Source: a virus (taxonomy: Duplodnaviria; Caudoviricetes). From it: a stretch of DNA of 64,000 nt. The notes under the pieces are model-generated. The model did not search any database. It saw only the letters and a program-made list of their open reading frames with translations, and was not told where the DNA came from. The position numbers and the translations under genes are program-made. Shown here piece after piece: positions 24,739 through 34,466 of this stretch; positions within the stretch are counted from its first letter, which is position 1; each line of letters starts with the position of its first letter. Where the stretch lies: the IMG/VR virus record IMGVR_UViG_3300033121_001571, one strand, 5' to 3'.

Positions 24739-26253
24739 CCTATGAACAGAGAGAAATCTGCTAAACGGTAGGTCCCACTTGATTGGATCTAAGTCTGTGA
24801 TCTCTAAAACATAGTTAACAAGTGAACCCGCACCAGAGCCTCTACCAGGACCAACTAGAGTGACGCTTCTAGCAAGTTCCATGATCTTCTGATAAGAGAT
24901 GAAATAATCTGAGTTTTTCATCTGCTTGATGACAGACAACTCTTCTTTAAGTCTCTCTACGTACTCTTCTTTCTCTGCAAGGCCCTTCTTGATCATGCCT
25001 TCTTTGCACAGTTTACACAAGTGACTGAAAGACGAAGAGTCTTCTGGGACAAGTCTTTTGACAGGGAACTTTGGCGTCCTATCAGGTTCAACAACGCCAA
25101 TCACTTGGTGAGCAATGTCGTGTGTTCTCTCAATCGCTGCAGCGATAACTTCGTCATCATAGAACGAAGTGCCCTCTTTAGAACGCAAGTACTCATCCCA
25201 CATCTGAGAAGCGTTCTTTGGATACAATTCACACTTCAAATCATCTTTAGACTTCGGAAGAGAGTCAGGTGAGTATGTCTTGTAGTTCATAAACCCAAGC
25301 TTCTTGTATAACTCTCTTTCTTTCCAGACGTTTGGATTATAGTAGTGAGCATCACCAGTGACCACAAGTTGATCTGTGACACCGTTTCTCTTGGCAAATT
25401 CTAGTATTGATCTGTTTATCAGATTCTGAGCAAGAATTCTGTTAAATTGCAGTTCAAGATAACAGTTGCCCTTTCCAACAATATCTGTCATCAGATCATA
25501 GAAGTTTCCAACTGCTGTAACACACTTCTCCATAAGAGACGGATCGTCCAACAACGACTGGTCCATAGAATCAAACTTGATCTTCTGAAGTTCTTGAAAC
25601 ACGTTATAACTTGGAAGTCCACCCAAGCAAGCAGAGGTGACAATGATGTCACCATCTTTTGCAGCCTCACGAAGGATGCGAGAATCAATTCTGGGGAACC
25701 TATAAAAACCCTTTAAGTAGCCTAAAGCTACTGCCTGAAACATTTTCTGGAGCCCACGTGATGACTTTGGCAGTACCACCAGGTGATGGCGGCGGTTGAT
25801 TGGGTTGAAGTGCTTTGTCGTCTTTGTCTCTTCTTCATCTTCAATAGTCAAAGCATTTGAAACTTCAATGTCTTCAGTCTCATCATTTTGATCAACAACA
25901 GCAATGAGCTTCGTCTGAAGCTCTTCTTGTTTTTTCAGCAGTTTTGCTGCTGTTTTTTTCTCTGTTGCCGCTAGATCGTGTTCCTCTTTGTCTCTCTGCC
26001 ACTGTTGTAGATCAGGGTGAAAATATGCTTCTACGCCTGGGATATACTTGAAGTTTTCCCCCGCCGATTTCCACTTTTCAACAAATAATTGAGCGTGAGC
26101 ATAAGAGTTGCAGTGACCGTGCTCAGTGATTGCGTGTGCGTCTAGACCGTTTTCTTTGCAAAACTTGAAGTGTTCGTCTGGGTATCCCAAACCATCAAAT
26201 GCAGAAAACCCTGTGTGGGCGTGAAGTCCAACGAATTTCTTGGGAAATGGCAC
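24433..26253 (-). CDS. dnaE: DnaE fragment A: PHP domain + N-terminal polymerase region + IntN1
   Basis: FVGLHAHTGFSAFDG, ITEHG, GVEAY, SACLGG, TGDAHY, GPGRGSGAGSLV, FSRFLSVHR|CLEPNT; GTG start at 26253 assumed (ORF track 26307). Confidence 0.95.
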   Translation of the reverse strand: MPFPKKFVGLHAHTGFSAFDGLGYPDEHFKFCKENGLDAHAITEHGHCNSYAHAQLFVEKWKSAGENFKYIPGVEAYFHPDLQQWQRDKEEHDLAATEKKTAAKLLKKQEELQTKLIAVVDQNDETEDIEVSNALTIEDEEETKTTKHFNPINRRHHLVVLPKSSRGLQKMFQAVALGYLKGFYRFPRIDSRILREAAKDGDIIVTSACLGGLPSYNVFQELQKIKFDSMDQSLLDDPSLMEKCVTAVGNFYDLMTDIVGKGNCYLELQFNRILAQNLINRSILEFAKRNGVTDQLVVTGDAHYYNPNVWKERELYKKLGFMNYKTYSPDSLPKSKDDLKCELYPKNASQMWDEYLRSKEGTSFYDDEVIAAAIERTHDIAHQVIGVVEPDRTPKFPVKRLVPEDSSSFSHLCKLCKEGMIKKGLAEKEEYVERLKEELSVIKQMKNSDYFISYQKIMELARSVTLVGPGRGSGAGSLVNYVLEITDLDPIKWDLPFSRFLSVHRCLEPNTRVLLEKNKTTSLDEIKVGDKVLTQDGSLQRVTYKTVQHVTKTYLIKVNGTTFKCSENHEWLVCAGDGKFIKKRTHELTTDDLLYTYHYDHSKENL

Positions 26254-26300
26254 GAGTTTGTGAAGATATACTGCTAGTAAGCAAACAGTTACACAGCACC

Positions 26301-26333
26301 AAAACAAAAGGCAGGAACTGTATAGTTCCTGCC
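26301..26333 (-). terminator. Intrinsic terminator upstream of dnaE-A
   Basis: GGCAGGAACT/AGTTCCTGCC 10-bp stem followed by TTTTGTTTT on the minus strand. Confidence 0.75.
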
Positions 26334-26354
26334 CAAGAGAATTTTAAACTATTT

Positions 26355-27161
26355 TTAGCCCAAGACTTCTTCTAAAATCTTGTCAATCTTTCTTGAGAAA
26401 GACTCACCTTTCCACTTCTGTGTGTGTCCACTCTGTGGATCAGTGACTGTCAAATCACCGTCATCTCCAACAGAAATAGCTGCTTGATCTCCGTTCTTAA
26501 ACCTAGTGTCAGGTCCTGCAAGATATGCACGGCCCTTCAAACGAGTGTGTGCAGGAGCACCCCCTAATTTACCATAAATCTTGTATGTTGTCTTCTTTCC
26601 TTTTCCTGCTGCTTGTTTTGCTTGTTTTTCTGCGGGAGGAACAGGCACTGGTTTGCTGACAGGACGTTCTGCAGGAGGAACTGGAGATTTATCCGTATCA
26701 TCAAGAACCCAATTTAGCAAACTCGAATCAATTTCAGAATCTTTGAAATCTGAAGCTGCTAGACTTGGACTGACTACGGCAGGAACTTGTGGTTCGTTTC
26801 TAACAAGAGAGTCTTCAGAACCCAACGCAGCATCTGCGACTGCTTTAGACACTCGTCCAGGATTACGTCCTTGAGGAAGATTTGGTCTAGACGCAACAAT
26901 TCCATTAGCAGAGTCATAAGCTTTCTTTGCTTCAGGAGTACCAATTTGGTTAATTGCTCTCTTGACTTTTGCCATCAATTCTGGATTTTTCTTTGACTCA
27001 TCGTTATATGATGGGTTCAAAGACCTCTTTAGCTCCGTTGCCGCAGCCATGACGTCCATCATAGATGCACCATCTGGTAGACCTAACACTGCATATGGTG
27101 ATTCTGCCACCTCTGAAATTAAACGCCTAAGTTGCTTAACGTTGATTCGCATCTCAGACAT
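26355..27161 (-). CDS. Protein with a degenerate J-domain and a Pro-rich linker
   Basis: SPYAVLGL...AS...LNPS (for HPD)...AKKAYDS; leader MRINVKQLRRLISE. Confidence 0.7.
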   Translation of the reverse strand: MSEMRINVKQLRRLISEVAESPYAVLGLPDGASMMDVMAAATELKRSLNPSYNDESKKNPELMAKVKRAINQIGTPEAKKAYDSANGIVASRPNLPQGRNPGRVSKAVADAALGSEDSLVRNEPQVPAVVSPSLAASDFKDSEIDSSLLNWVLDDTDKSPVPPAERPVSKPVPVPPAEKQAKQAAGKGKKTTYKIYGKLGGAPAHTRLKGRAYLAGPDTRFKNGDQAAISVGDDGDLTVTDPQSGHTQKWKGESFSRKIDKILEEVLG

Positions 27162-27215
27162 ATGTATTATGAGAATAAGAACTTATCTGAAAATTATCAC
27201 CTTTACATTCAATCT

Positions 27216-28217
27216 TTATGGTGACACATTCAGCATGTTTTTAAAGTAATCGATTGTCATATCTAACCCATCAGACAGATCAATTTTTGGACTCCAATTA
27301 AGTAATTCTTTGGCTTTTGTGATATCTGGTTTTCTTTGTGTTGGATCGTCAACTGGTAGATCTTTGAATTGAATCTTGTCATTAGAGAACTTAGACCCAT
27401 AAACTTTTCTTCCAACTTTTTCTGCTAACTCTAACATAGTGAATTCAACTGGGTTTCCCAAATTCACTGGACTATCTACGCTAGCAACAGAAGCTAACGA
27501 ACAAAGCCCACTTACAAGATCACTGACATAACAAAAACTTCTTGTCTGTTTTCCATCTCCATAAATTGTCATTGGCTCATTTCTCAGTGCTTGACAAATA
27601 AAATTGCTAACAACACGACCATCATGAGGATCCATGTTTGGACCATACGTGTTAAAAATTCTAGCAACTCGAACGTCTACACCTTGTTTTTTGTACTCAA
27701 AACACAGTGCTTCTGCTACGCGTTTGCCCTCATCATAACACGATCTTGGGCCATAAGAATTTACGTTTCCCCTATAAGTCTCTGGCTGAGGAGAACAATC
27801 TGGGTCCCCATAGATTTCACTTGTGCTAGCGTGAACAACTCTACAAGAAAAGAGTTTAGCAAGTTCAAGTACATTTTTTGTACCGTTATAGCAAGCGTCT
27901 AACGTGTGCACTGGGAGATCTTGATAACGTGGTGGAGATGCGGGACACGCTAGATTGAAAATCACATCTATCTTTTTCTTTCTGTCATAAACGGGAGGTT
28001 GTAAGTTTTTAAGTCGCTTTAGAAACTTCTTTTTTGAGATGTCCTGTTGATAAAACATAAATCTTGCATCATCATACAACTCCTGAAAGTGACTTGAACA
28101 AATGCTTGAAGAAGAAAAATCATCAATCCCAATCACAGTATTGTGATTCCGTTCGAACAAACTTCCAGCTAAGTTGCTACCAATAAATCCAGCAACTCCA
28201 GTGATTAAAACTCTCAT
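27216..28217 (-). CDS. UDP-glucuronate decarboxylase (UDP-xylose synthase)-like SDR
   Basis: NLACPASPPRYQ, ASTSEIYGDP, GPRSCYDEGKRVAE, RIFNTYGP, DGRVVSNFI, DDPTQRKPDI. Confidence 0.92.
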   Translation of the reverse strand: MRVLITGVAGFIGSNLAGSLFERNHNTVIGIDDFSSSSICSSHFQELYDDARFMFYQQDISKKKFLKRLKNLQPPVYDRKKKIDVIFNLACPASPPRYQDLPVHTLDACYNGTKNVLELAKLFSCRVVHASTSEIYGDPDCSPQPETYRGNVNSYGPRSCYDEGKRVAEALCFEYKKQGVDVRVARIFNTYGPNMDPHDGRVVSNFICQALRNEPMTIYGDGKQTRSFCYVSDLVSGLCSLASVASVDSPVNLGNPVEFTMLELAEKVGRKVYGSKFSNDKIQFKDLPVDDPTQRKPDITKAKELLNWSPKIDLSDGLDMTIDYFKNMLNVSP

Positions 28218-28273
28218 AATGACTATTATACAACACTAGAATCAACGTGTAACAAGTACTTATCTCAGTAAAA

Positions 28274-28534
28274 ATGACTGACAAAGACAACTCACTTAAT
28301 GAGATAAAACAAACGTTGTTAGAGAGTTTTGGTCCACAATTAGATTCGTTAGAATACTATGACACAGATCAGTTATCAGAGATGTCTAAAAAAGCAGCAA
28401 AATCTTGGACCAAGGGAACAAAAAAGTTCAAAGACAAAGTTAACAAGGCAAAAAAAGCAGGAATGAAAAATCCTGAAGGATTTGCTGCTTGGATAGAAAA
28501 GAAAGCCACGGGACACTGGCCTTCAGAAGATTGA
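28274..28534 (+). CDS. Hypothetical protein
   Basis: 86-aa ORF with KNPEGFAAW...TGHWP; TACTTA upstream. Confidence 0.7.
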   Translation: MTDKDNSLNEIKQTLLESFGPQLDSLEYYDTDQLSEMSKKAAKSWTKGTKKFKDKVNKAKKAGMKNPEGFAAWIEKKATGHWPSED

Positions 28535-29059
28535 TCAACCAAGACGTCTTTTTAACAAATAGATCAGGTTTTCATGGTCATCATAAATCTGTGCCAACAA
28601 GTTATCAACACCCATTGACATTCCACTTGCATTCATCATAGAAACTAACTCATTTATGACCATCAATAAACCGTTTTCAACGGCTAGCGAACATTTCACT
28701 AATTCTTTTTCATCATACGTTGCTGTGTGACAATACTTTGCAACAACTCTTTGAATGTGTTTAGTCTGAAGCACAGCATCAACACCAGTATCATAGCCAA
28801 TTCCAACAGCTTTTTCAGCAACTTTATCAACGTGATCTTGCGTGGTGCTATAGAGTCGTTCATACATCAAGTGATCACCATAAAAAGGATCACCTTTTGC
28901 GCGCCAGTGATTAGTTTGATGTATCAAAGCTGCAGATCTAAGATAGACTAGCAAGACAGACAGTTGAGGTTGGTTAGTAACAGATTCCCACTGTTCTAAT
29001 AAACGACTTAACTCTAGGTCAACGCTGCTTTCAAAGTTGAATCCTGTAACAGCTAACAT
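28535..29059 (-). CDS. Dps/ferritin-like protein
   Basis: HQTNHW..KG..FYGDHL..ERLY....DKVAEK pattern. Confidence 0.75.
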   Translation of the reverse strand: MLAVTGFNFESSVDLELSRLLEQWESVTNQPQLSVLLVYLRSAALIHQTNHWRAKGDPFYGDHLMYERLYSTTQDHVDKVAEKAVGIGYDTGVDAVLQTKHIQRVVAKYCHTATYDEKELVKCSLAVENGLLMVINELVSMMNASGMSMGVDNLLAQIYDDHENLIYLLKRRLG

Positions 29060-30123
29060 TACTTTAGCCTCGAAACAAATCTTACTGTTGAAGAAGACTC
29101 AGGCACCCAAGTGACTGTGACTGGGTGACCTTTAGAATATAGTTCATAGTTAATATTTTTGACATACTTGTCAAGAACTCTCTCGTCCAGTTCTGACAGT
29201 GTACGACCCTTTGGCAAACTTGCTTTTACTGGCACCCACACTGTGCCAGGATCTATTCCTTCACTTAAAAGTGTTCCTGATTTATCTCTAAATTGAGACT
29301 CAATGACGTTATAAAGTTTTGAAACACTATCAACGTATTTATTTCTTGAAATTTGTTTATCAGTTAACAGTCTTTCTCTGATATCTTGTTTCTTTTGCGT
29401 AAAGACAACTTTTGGCAGAGTCACAGACTCATCTTGTCTCTCTTTGTCAATTTCAGCAATCTTTTTTTCTACTGCTTTCATAAGCTTTTTTTCATCAACA
29501 TGATAGTATGTAAAGTTTGCTTGTGCAAATCTCTTGACCGCAAGAAACATCGATTGATAATCCATTCTCTTACCATAGTCTTGTATGATAAGATCTGCTT
29601 GCTGATCGTACCAAAAATCTGACAGATCTAACAAATTTTCATCTGTTTTTTCTGCGTCTTTATCAGTCTTTTCTGGATCTGACAAAGCAAAAGAATAAGT
29701 GCTATCGTTGTTTTTTCTCTCTGATAAAATCATCTCAAGATGATCATCACCATCATACTTTTTAACTGCTTTCTCTAACAACTTTAAATCAGCTCTCTTA
29801 GCAGCAGAGAATCTCACTGTCTGATCGTTGTCAAACAAAAATTTGTTGACTTGAGAAACAGGTAAGAAAAATGTTGCTACTTTTCTAGCGACAGGAATTG
29901 TGCTTTCTGCAAGCTTTAATGTTGTCTTATTCGACAAAGATCTTTGAAGTTTTTTTCCATATAGAGTCTTTGTCTCTAACAAAGAGTGAGCCTCCTCAAG
30001 GACTTCCTCAAGAGGACCATCTCCTAAAAATGAGTTCCCTAAAACATACTTCAGTTCACACACCAGTTCATGCAAGAACTTTGCGTTCTGCACATGGTCT
30101 CTCAATGAAGAAAAGTTAAGCAT
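29059..30123 (-). CDS. Hypothetical protein
   Basis: 354-aa ORF; TAATTA upstream. Confidence 0.8.
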   Translation of the reverse strand: MLNFSSLRDHVQNAKFLHELVCELKYVLGNSFLGDGPLEEVLEEAHSLLETKTLYGKKLQRSLSNKTTLKLAESTIPVARKVATFFLPVSQVNKFLFDNDQTVRFSAAKRADLKLLEKAVKKYDGDDHLEMILSERKNNDSTYSFALSDPEKTDKDAEKTDENLLDLSDFWYDQQADLIIQDYGKRMDYQSMFLAVKRFAQANFTYYHVDEKKLMKAVEKKIAEIDKERQDESVTLPKVVFTQKKQDIRERLLTDKQISRNKYVDSVSKLYNVIESQFRDKSGTLLSEGIDPGTVWVPVKASLPKGRTLSELDERVLDKYVKNINYELYSKGHPVTVTWVPESSSTVRFVSRLK

Positions 30124-30180
30124 TATGACTCTACACGTAATTATAGTTCTAAATATTTAGTGTAGACAATACATAAACAT

Positions 30181-30204
30181 AAAGCGAGAATTTCTTCTCG
30201 CTTT
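30181..30204. terminator. Hairpin, probable terminator
   Basis: aaagcgagaa-tttc-ttctcgcttt. Confidence 0.6.
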
Positions 30205-30227
30205 ATCCCGCCAGTCAACTATTGAGT

Positions 30228-30755
30228 TTATTTTTGAATGAATGTATCCCAGTCGGTGTGCCAAGCAGACGGAGATCCAAAATCCCAAAAGTGCATCTGC
30301 GATGGTGGAACTGGCTTACTAAGCAACTTGAGTTGCGCCTCTTCAGGCGTCTTATTTGCTTTTGCTTTGTTGCAGGGTTTACAACACGCAACACAGTTCG
30401 TCCAGCTAGTTGGACCTCCCCGTGAAGAAGGCAAGATGTGATCAATAGTGATCTCAGAATAAGAGAGCTTCTGAGAACAGTATTGACACTTCCATCCATC
30501 ACGGTTGAAAAGCACACGCTTTCTAAACTTGGGAACTTTGTGTGCTCCCTTGTTATTGATACGATACTTCATCCTGATCGTTGCAGGAATTTTGATAGAC
30601 TGCGATACCGTGCGTAACTCTTCATTCCACACAGACATGCTGTGTTCTGATGGAACAACCTCTGCCTTTCCCTTGTAAACAAGGGTAAAAGCTCTCCAAG
30701 GAGAGATAAAGTGTAACGGTTCGTACGTGGAGTTAAGTAACAAAGTTCGGTTCAT
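30228..30755 (-). CDS. HNH endonuclease (McrA-like)
   Basis: LLLNSTYEPL; RDGWKCQYC...TIDHILPSSRGG..SWTNCVACCKPCNKAKAN. Confidence 0.92.
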   Translation of the reverse strand: MNRTLLLNSTYEPLHFISPWRAFTLVYKGKAEVVPSEHSMSVWNEELRTVSQSIKIPATIRMKYRINNKGAHKVPKFRKRVLFNRDGWKCQYCSQKLSYSEITIDHILPSSRGGPTSWTNCVACCKPCNKAKANKTPEEAQLKLLSKPVPPSQMHFWDFGSPSAWHTDWDTFIQK

Positions 30756-30819
30756 GCAAACCTCTTGCGTGTATAATAACACACAGTTTTGGGCTTTACA
30801 CTGCGTGAATAAATAGTAC

Positions 30820-31422
30820 TTAGCAGAACCAAACTTTACAAAACTCATATAAATCATCTTTTGTTAGAAACAATACTGATGGCGTATAATACTCGCTCAT
30901 TATTGCTCTTTCTGATGATAAGTGGTCTAAGTTCATAGCATGACCAATCTCGTGCATTATGATGACTTTTTTCATAGTTTCACCCATAAGCCTATCAAAA
31001 ACAACATATATTGAAACTCCACATGGACTATCACCTTCAAAAAAGGTCATTCCATACAAATTTTTTGGATAATTGATCTCATCCCACCTTACAACCCAAT
31101 CATCCGTAGATTTAGCTTCAAACACTTTGACGTATAAGACATTACTGACAACGTCTTCTTCATCAGCTGGACTATCACAAGTAAAAACTTTTGGTGCCCA
31201 AGTAAACTTGTTACTTGTGTGCACTCGCCAGCTATCAGCAGCAACATATGTAAAACGCTTGTTCTCTGGAGAGAGAGAAGACACGTCAATTACCATCTTG
31301 ACAGAGTGAAAATCAGAGTATTGAGTGTTTGGTTGTTTATTTACTGTACAACACAAACTGCACAGAACAAAAAAAAGTATCAGTAATTTCTTAAATGTTG
31401 CAGTGACGCTACGGCCACACAC
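30820..31422 (-). CDS. Matrixin-like zinc metalloprotease with signal/lipoprotein-like N-terminus
   Basis: HEIGHAMNLDH plus Met-turn AIMS; hydrophobic N-terminus ending in Cys. Confidence 0.82.
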   Translation of the reverse strand: MCGRSVTATFKKLLILFFVLCSLCCTVNKQPNTQYSDFHSVKMVIDVSSLSPENKRFTYVAADSWRVHTSNKFTWAPKVFTCDSPADEEDVVSNVLYVKVFEAKSTDDWVVRWDEINYPKNLYGMTFFEGDSPCGVSIYVVFDRLMGETMKKVIIMHEIGHAMNLDHLSSERAIMSEYYTPSVLFLTKDDLYEFCKVWFC

Positions 31423-31444
31423 AAATCTAAGTAATAGACATAAT

Positions 31445-32314
31445 TCAGATCGGGTTTATAAGGTGCTTCATAAATGAAGTATAGTTGATATTTTTCTCAG
31501 AAACAACTGCTTCAATAGTTGCTAAAAACAATAGTTCTTCATTATTGAATGACTTCATAATCACGTCATTTTTAAACTTTGTCCAAGTTGGACTTAGTAT
31601 CTTTTCTTTTTTGAATAACTTATTTTCAATAATCAGCTCATTAAAAGCTTTTCGAACAAATTCTTTTGCGTTATCTTGCATAGAAGTTATACGATAGTTT
31701 CTAATGTACTTACTAAGTCTTGTTAAAGTCCACTCTGTTGAAAAATGTGAATCTATGTCTATCGATGAATTGTGTATGAGAGAAAGTACGCGGTTATCAT
31801 AGATCAATTTTTCATGATTAAAAGCAACTTTACAGTTTACTATGTCAAATTTTGACAAGACTTCGTCGATTGGACGACATTGTTTGATTACTTGCAAATG
31901 TGGATATGCAGATTTTGTAAATGGAGATTGCGCTGAAGCTATGTATTTCTCGTGTTCAGTTAAGAAGATGTTATACGCAAAATCTTTAATAGATTTTTCC
32001 ATATAATACTGCGATCTTTTGGATCTAACGTAACATAAAAAATTCTCTAGATCTATGGGATTTTCAAACCAGATATCAATGTCTGAATAGACGCCTTTCA
32101 TTATTTTATTTATTGAATACAGATATGACAGGGCGGCGCCACCAGCAACATATCCCGAACACTCAAAAACTTTGAAAAGAAGATCTGAAAATTGTCTATT
32201 AGAGATAGGTGCAGCTGTTGTTGTAAGCTTGTAAAACACATGTTTTTTATCAGACAGATCTGTCTGATAAGCAACTGTGTCAAGCACTAAATCTGTTTTT
32301 TTGTTGTATGTCAC
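31445..32314 (-). CDS. Nucleotidyltransferase-like protein (CCA/polyA-pol head-like)
   Basis: YVAGGAA...SDIDIWF...FDIVNCK. Confidence 0.65.
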   Translation of the reverse strand: MTYNKKTDLVLDTVAYQTDLSDKKHVFYKLTTTAAPISNRQFSDLLFKVFECSGYVAGGAALSYLYSINKIMKGVYSDIDIWFENPIDLENFLCYVRSKRSQYYMEKSIKDFAYNIFLTEHEKYIASAQSPFTKSAYPHLQVIKQCRPIDEVLSKFDIVNCKVAFNHEKLIYDNRVLSLIHNSSIDIDSHFSTEWTLTRLSKYIRNYRITSMQDNAKEFVRKAFNELIIENKLFKKEKILSPTWTKFKNDVIMKSFNNEELLFLATIEAVVSEKNINYTSFMKHLINPI

Positions 32315-33084
32315 AGAGCGTTCACTATGTTGTTAAAGTACGATTCGTCTTTTTCTACGAGAAAAAACTTTCTACCTTTGTTTCTTGCAGCAAATGCAGC
32401 AACGCCAGAACCTGCAAATGGATCAATGATCCAGTCACCAACATTAGTGTGAACTTCAATCGGTATCTCAAACAAAGAAACAGGCTTTTGCGTTGGATGA
32501 ATTTTGTTTCTAAAGATCTCATTTATGTCTGTCCAGACATTTGATCTTCTGTAAAATTCACTCTTTGCTGGATATTTTTTGTTGAACCCCGCATAACCCC
32601 TCTTTTCAGACAAGAGAGGAACGTTAAAGATCTTTGGTTTATTAGCTATTCCTTTGACAAAATAAGCAAGTTCTTCGCGTGTAAAGAGATAGTTGCTCGC
32701 AGTTCCTATAGCACGTTTTTTCTTCCAAGTGATAAGCGAAGACATCTCAAACTTTTTCTTCTCTTCAACAGCTGAGATATACTTGAAGAAACTTCTGTTC
32801 CCGGGTTTTCCAATTCCACCCCAAACATAACAAGCAGCTCTGTCATCTAACAGAGATGACCACTGTCGTGTCCAGTCTACCATCCATGAAACAAACTTAT
32901 CTTCATCTAATATTTCGTTATCCCAACGCTCTGAAACAATACCGTTGTAAGGAGGATCTGTCAAGATCAAGTTTGTAACTCCGATCTGTTGTTTAGCATA
33001 ATCAACAACACTTTGATCGGTACAATCCCCGTGAACAACTATGCCATCAGCAAAAGTTTTCACTGTGAAATTAGACATACACAA
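32311..33084 (-). CDS. N4-C/N6-A DNA methyltransferase (beta class)
   Basis: TDPPY, HPTQKP, DPFAGSG. Confidence 0.92.
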   Translation of the reverse strand: MCMSNFTVKTFADGIVVHGDCTDQSVVDYAKQQIGVTNLILTDPPYNGIVSERWDNEILDEDKFVSWMVDWTRQWSSLLDDRAACYVWGGIGKPGNRSFFKYISAVEEKKKFEMSSLITWKKKRAIGTASNYLFTREELAYFVKGIANKPKIFNVPLLSEKRGYAGFNKKYPAKSEFYRRSNVWTDINEIFRNKIHPTQKPVSLFEIPIEVHTNVGDWIIDPFAGSGVAAFAARNKGRKFFLVEKDESYFNNIVNAL

Positions 33085-33871
33085 ACTCTCCTGATATCAT
33101 GGGTGAACCGTATTTAGCTTTTCCGACACACACTCTCAAATTTGGTAACACGTATTGATCAAATTGAGAGTGTGTGTGTCCCGATATCGATGTAAATTTC
33201 TTGTTAGGATGTGCTTTTGCAACATCTAACAGAAGATGACCCATAGATTGACACGTGTAAAACGGTACGTATTTGGGATCAGATTGCCCACCTTCAAATT
33301 TGTGGGACTCAGGGAAAGGCGGTACGTGAGTAACAATCATAAATTCATCATAACTAGATAAAGTTTTCATCAAGTTTTTCTTAAGATGTAAGACGCTGTC
33401 TGACGCAAGTTTTCTAGAAACTGACAAGATCTTGTCAGATTTATCGTAACTCTTCTCATAAAAATCACCGATAAATCGCCAATCATTCATAAACACAGTT
33501 CGGTCAATGTGACCAAACATGTCATACCATGAATCATGTCCTATCATGACTGTCTTTTTTGACAATTGAACAAATGTTTTATTTGTCAAATAGTTCAACC
33601 ACGTTGAAGAAGCAACTAATTTTTCAAGAGCATCTCTCACAATAGAAACATAAGAACCCCACATGTCATGGTTCCCACACACAAAATATATTGGTTTCTC
33701 CACTGTGTCAAGTAATTTCAAGTGTTGAATCAATGACGATGCAACAGAGATATCACCAGATAACACGTATCCAGCGTAAGGTTGTTCACGCAACATATCA
33801 ATGAACTCAACTAAAGAATTTTGTTCTATGTGATCTAAGTGAATGTCAGTTAACCAACCGAGTTTTGTCAT
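33071..33871 (-). CDS. Calcineurin-like metallophosphoesterase
   Basis: TDIHLD, SGDIS, GNHD, THVPP, SGHTH. Confidence 0.92.
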   Translation of the reverse strand: MTKLGWLTDIHLDHIEQNSLVEFIDMLREQPYAGYVLSGDISVASSLIQHLKLLDTVEKPIYFVCGNHDMWGSYVSIVRDALEKLVASSTWLNYLTNKTFVQLSKKTVMIGHDSWYDMFGHIDRTVFMNDWRFIGDFYEKSYDKSDKILSVSRKLASDSVLHLKKNLMKTLSSYDEFMIVTHVPPFPESHKFEGGQSDPKYVPFYTCQSMGHLLLDVAKAHPNKKFTSISGHTHSQFDQYVLPNLRVCVGKAKYGSPMISGEFVYV

Positions 33872-33914
33872 CTAGTACCTTTCATTAAGGTAACAACACG
33901 TTGTCACAAGAGTA

Positions 33915-34466
33915 TTATGATTTAACCCTAGACCAATAAAGTTCACTCTTGCTGTTTATTTGCGAGAATAGTTCTTTTCGTAAAGAGGGCCAATTCTTCA
34001 ACGAACGATACAACTTTATCAGCAATAACAATCTAGAAAAGTTCACATATAACCGATCTTTTCTAAAGACAAGAATTGAAATAATGCAAAAAATACTATA
34101 CAACGTAGCATACAAATACTCAAAAATTGAGAGTAGAAAAACTAAAGGAAGAACAAAAGGAAATGTGTAAACCAAAGAAAGTAATAAATTTTTAGGTTTT
34201 CTTTGAAAAAGAAGATCTTCATTACAATCAAAGTTTATTTCATAAAAGCTCATTCCATGAGGATCTCTAAAAAAATACACATTAAACGGTATCTCACCTT
34301 TTTCTGTGTACGAAAATCCACGTACACAATAGATACATTCATTTATCTTAGTGAACTTAAAAACAAAGATATCATCAAGTTCATTGTATTGTTGAATATA
34401 TTTTACATTCCTCCATGACTCAGAGATAACTGTAGAAATCATTTTAGTAAGGTTAAAAGTTGCCAT
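33915..34466 (-). CDS. Hypothetical membrane protein
   Basis: Two hydrophobic segments; AT-rich. Confidence 0.6.
   Translation of the reverse strand: MATFNLTKMISTVISESWRNVKYIQQYNELDDIFVFKFTKINECIYCVRGFSYTEKGEIPFNVYFFRDPHGMSFYEINFDCNEDLLFQRKPKNLLLSLVYTFPFVLPLVFLLSIFEYLYATLYSIFCIISILVFRKDRLYVNFSRLLLLIKLYRSLKNWPSLRKELFSQINSKSELYWSRVKS

Noticed and set aside
7899-26253. Group I/II introns joining the dnaE pieces at RNA level
   Set aside because: Three junctions are fully explained by in-frame intein halves and I recognised no intron core. RNA-level joining at B/C is not formally excluded.
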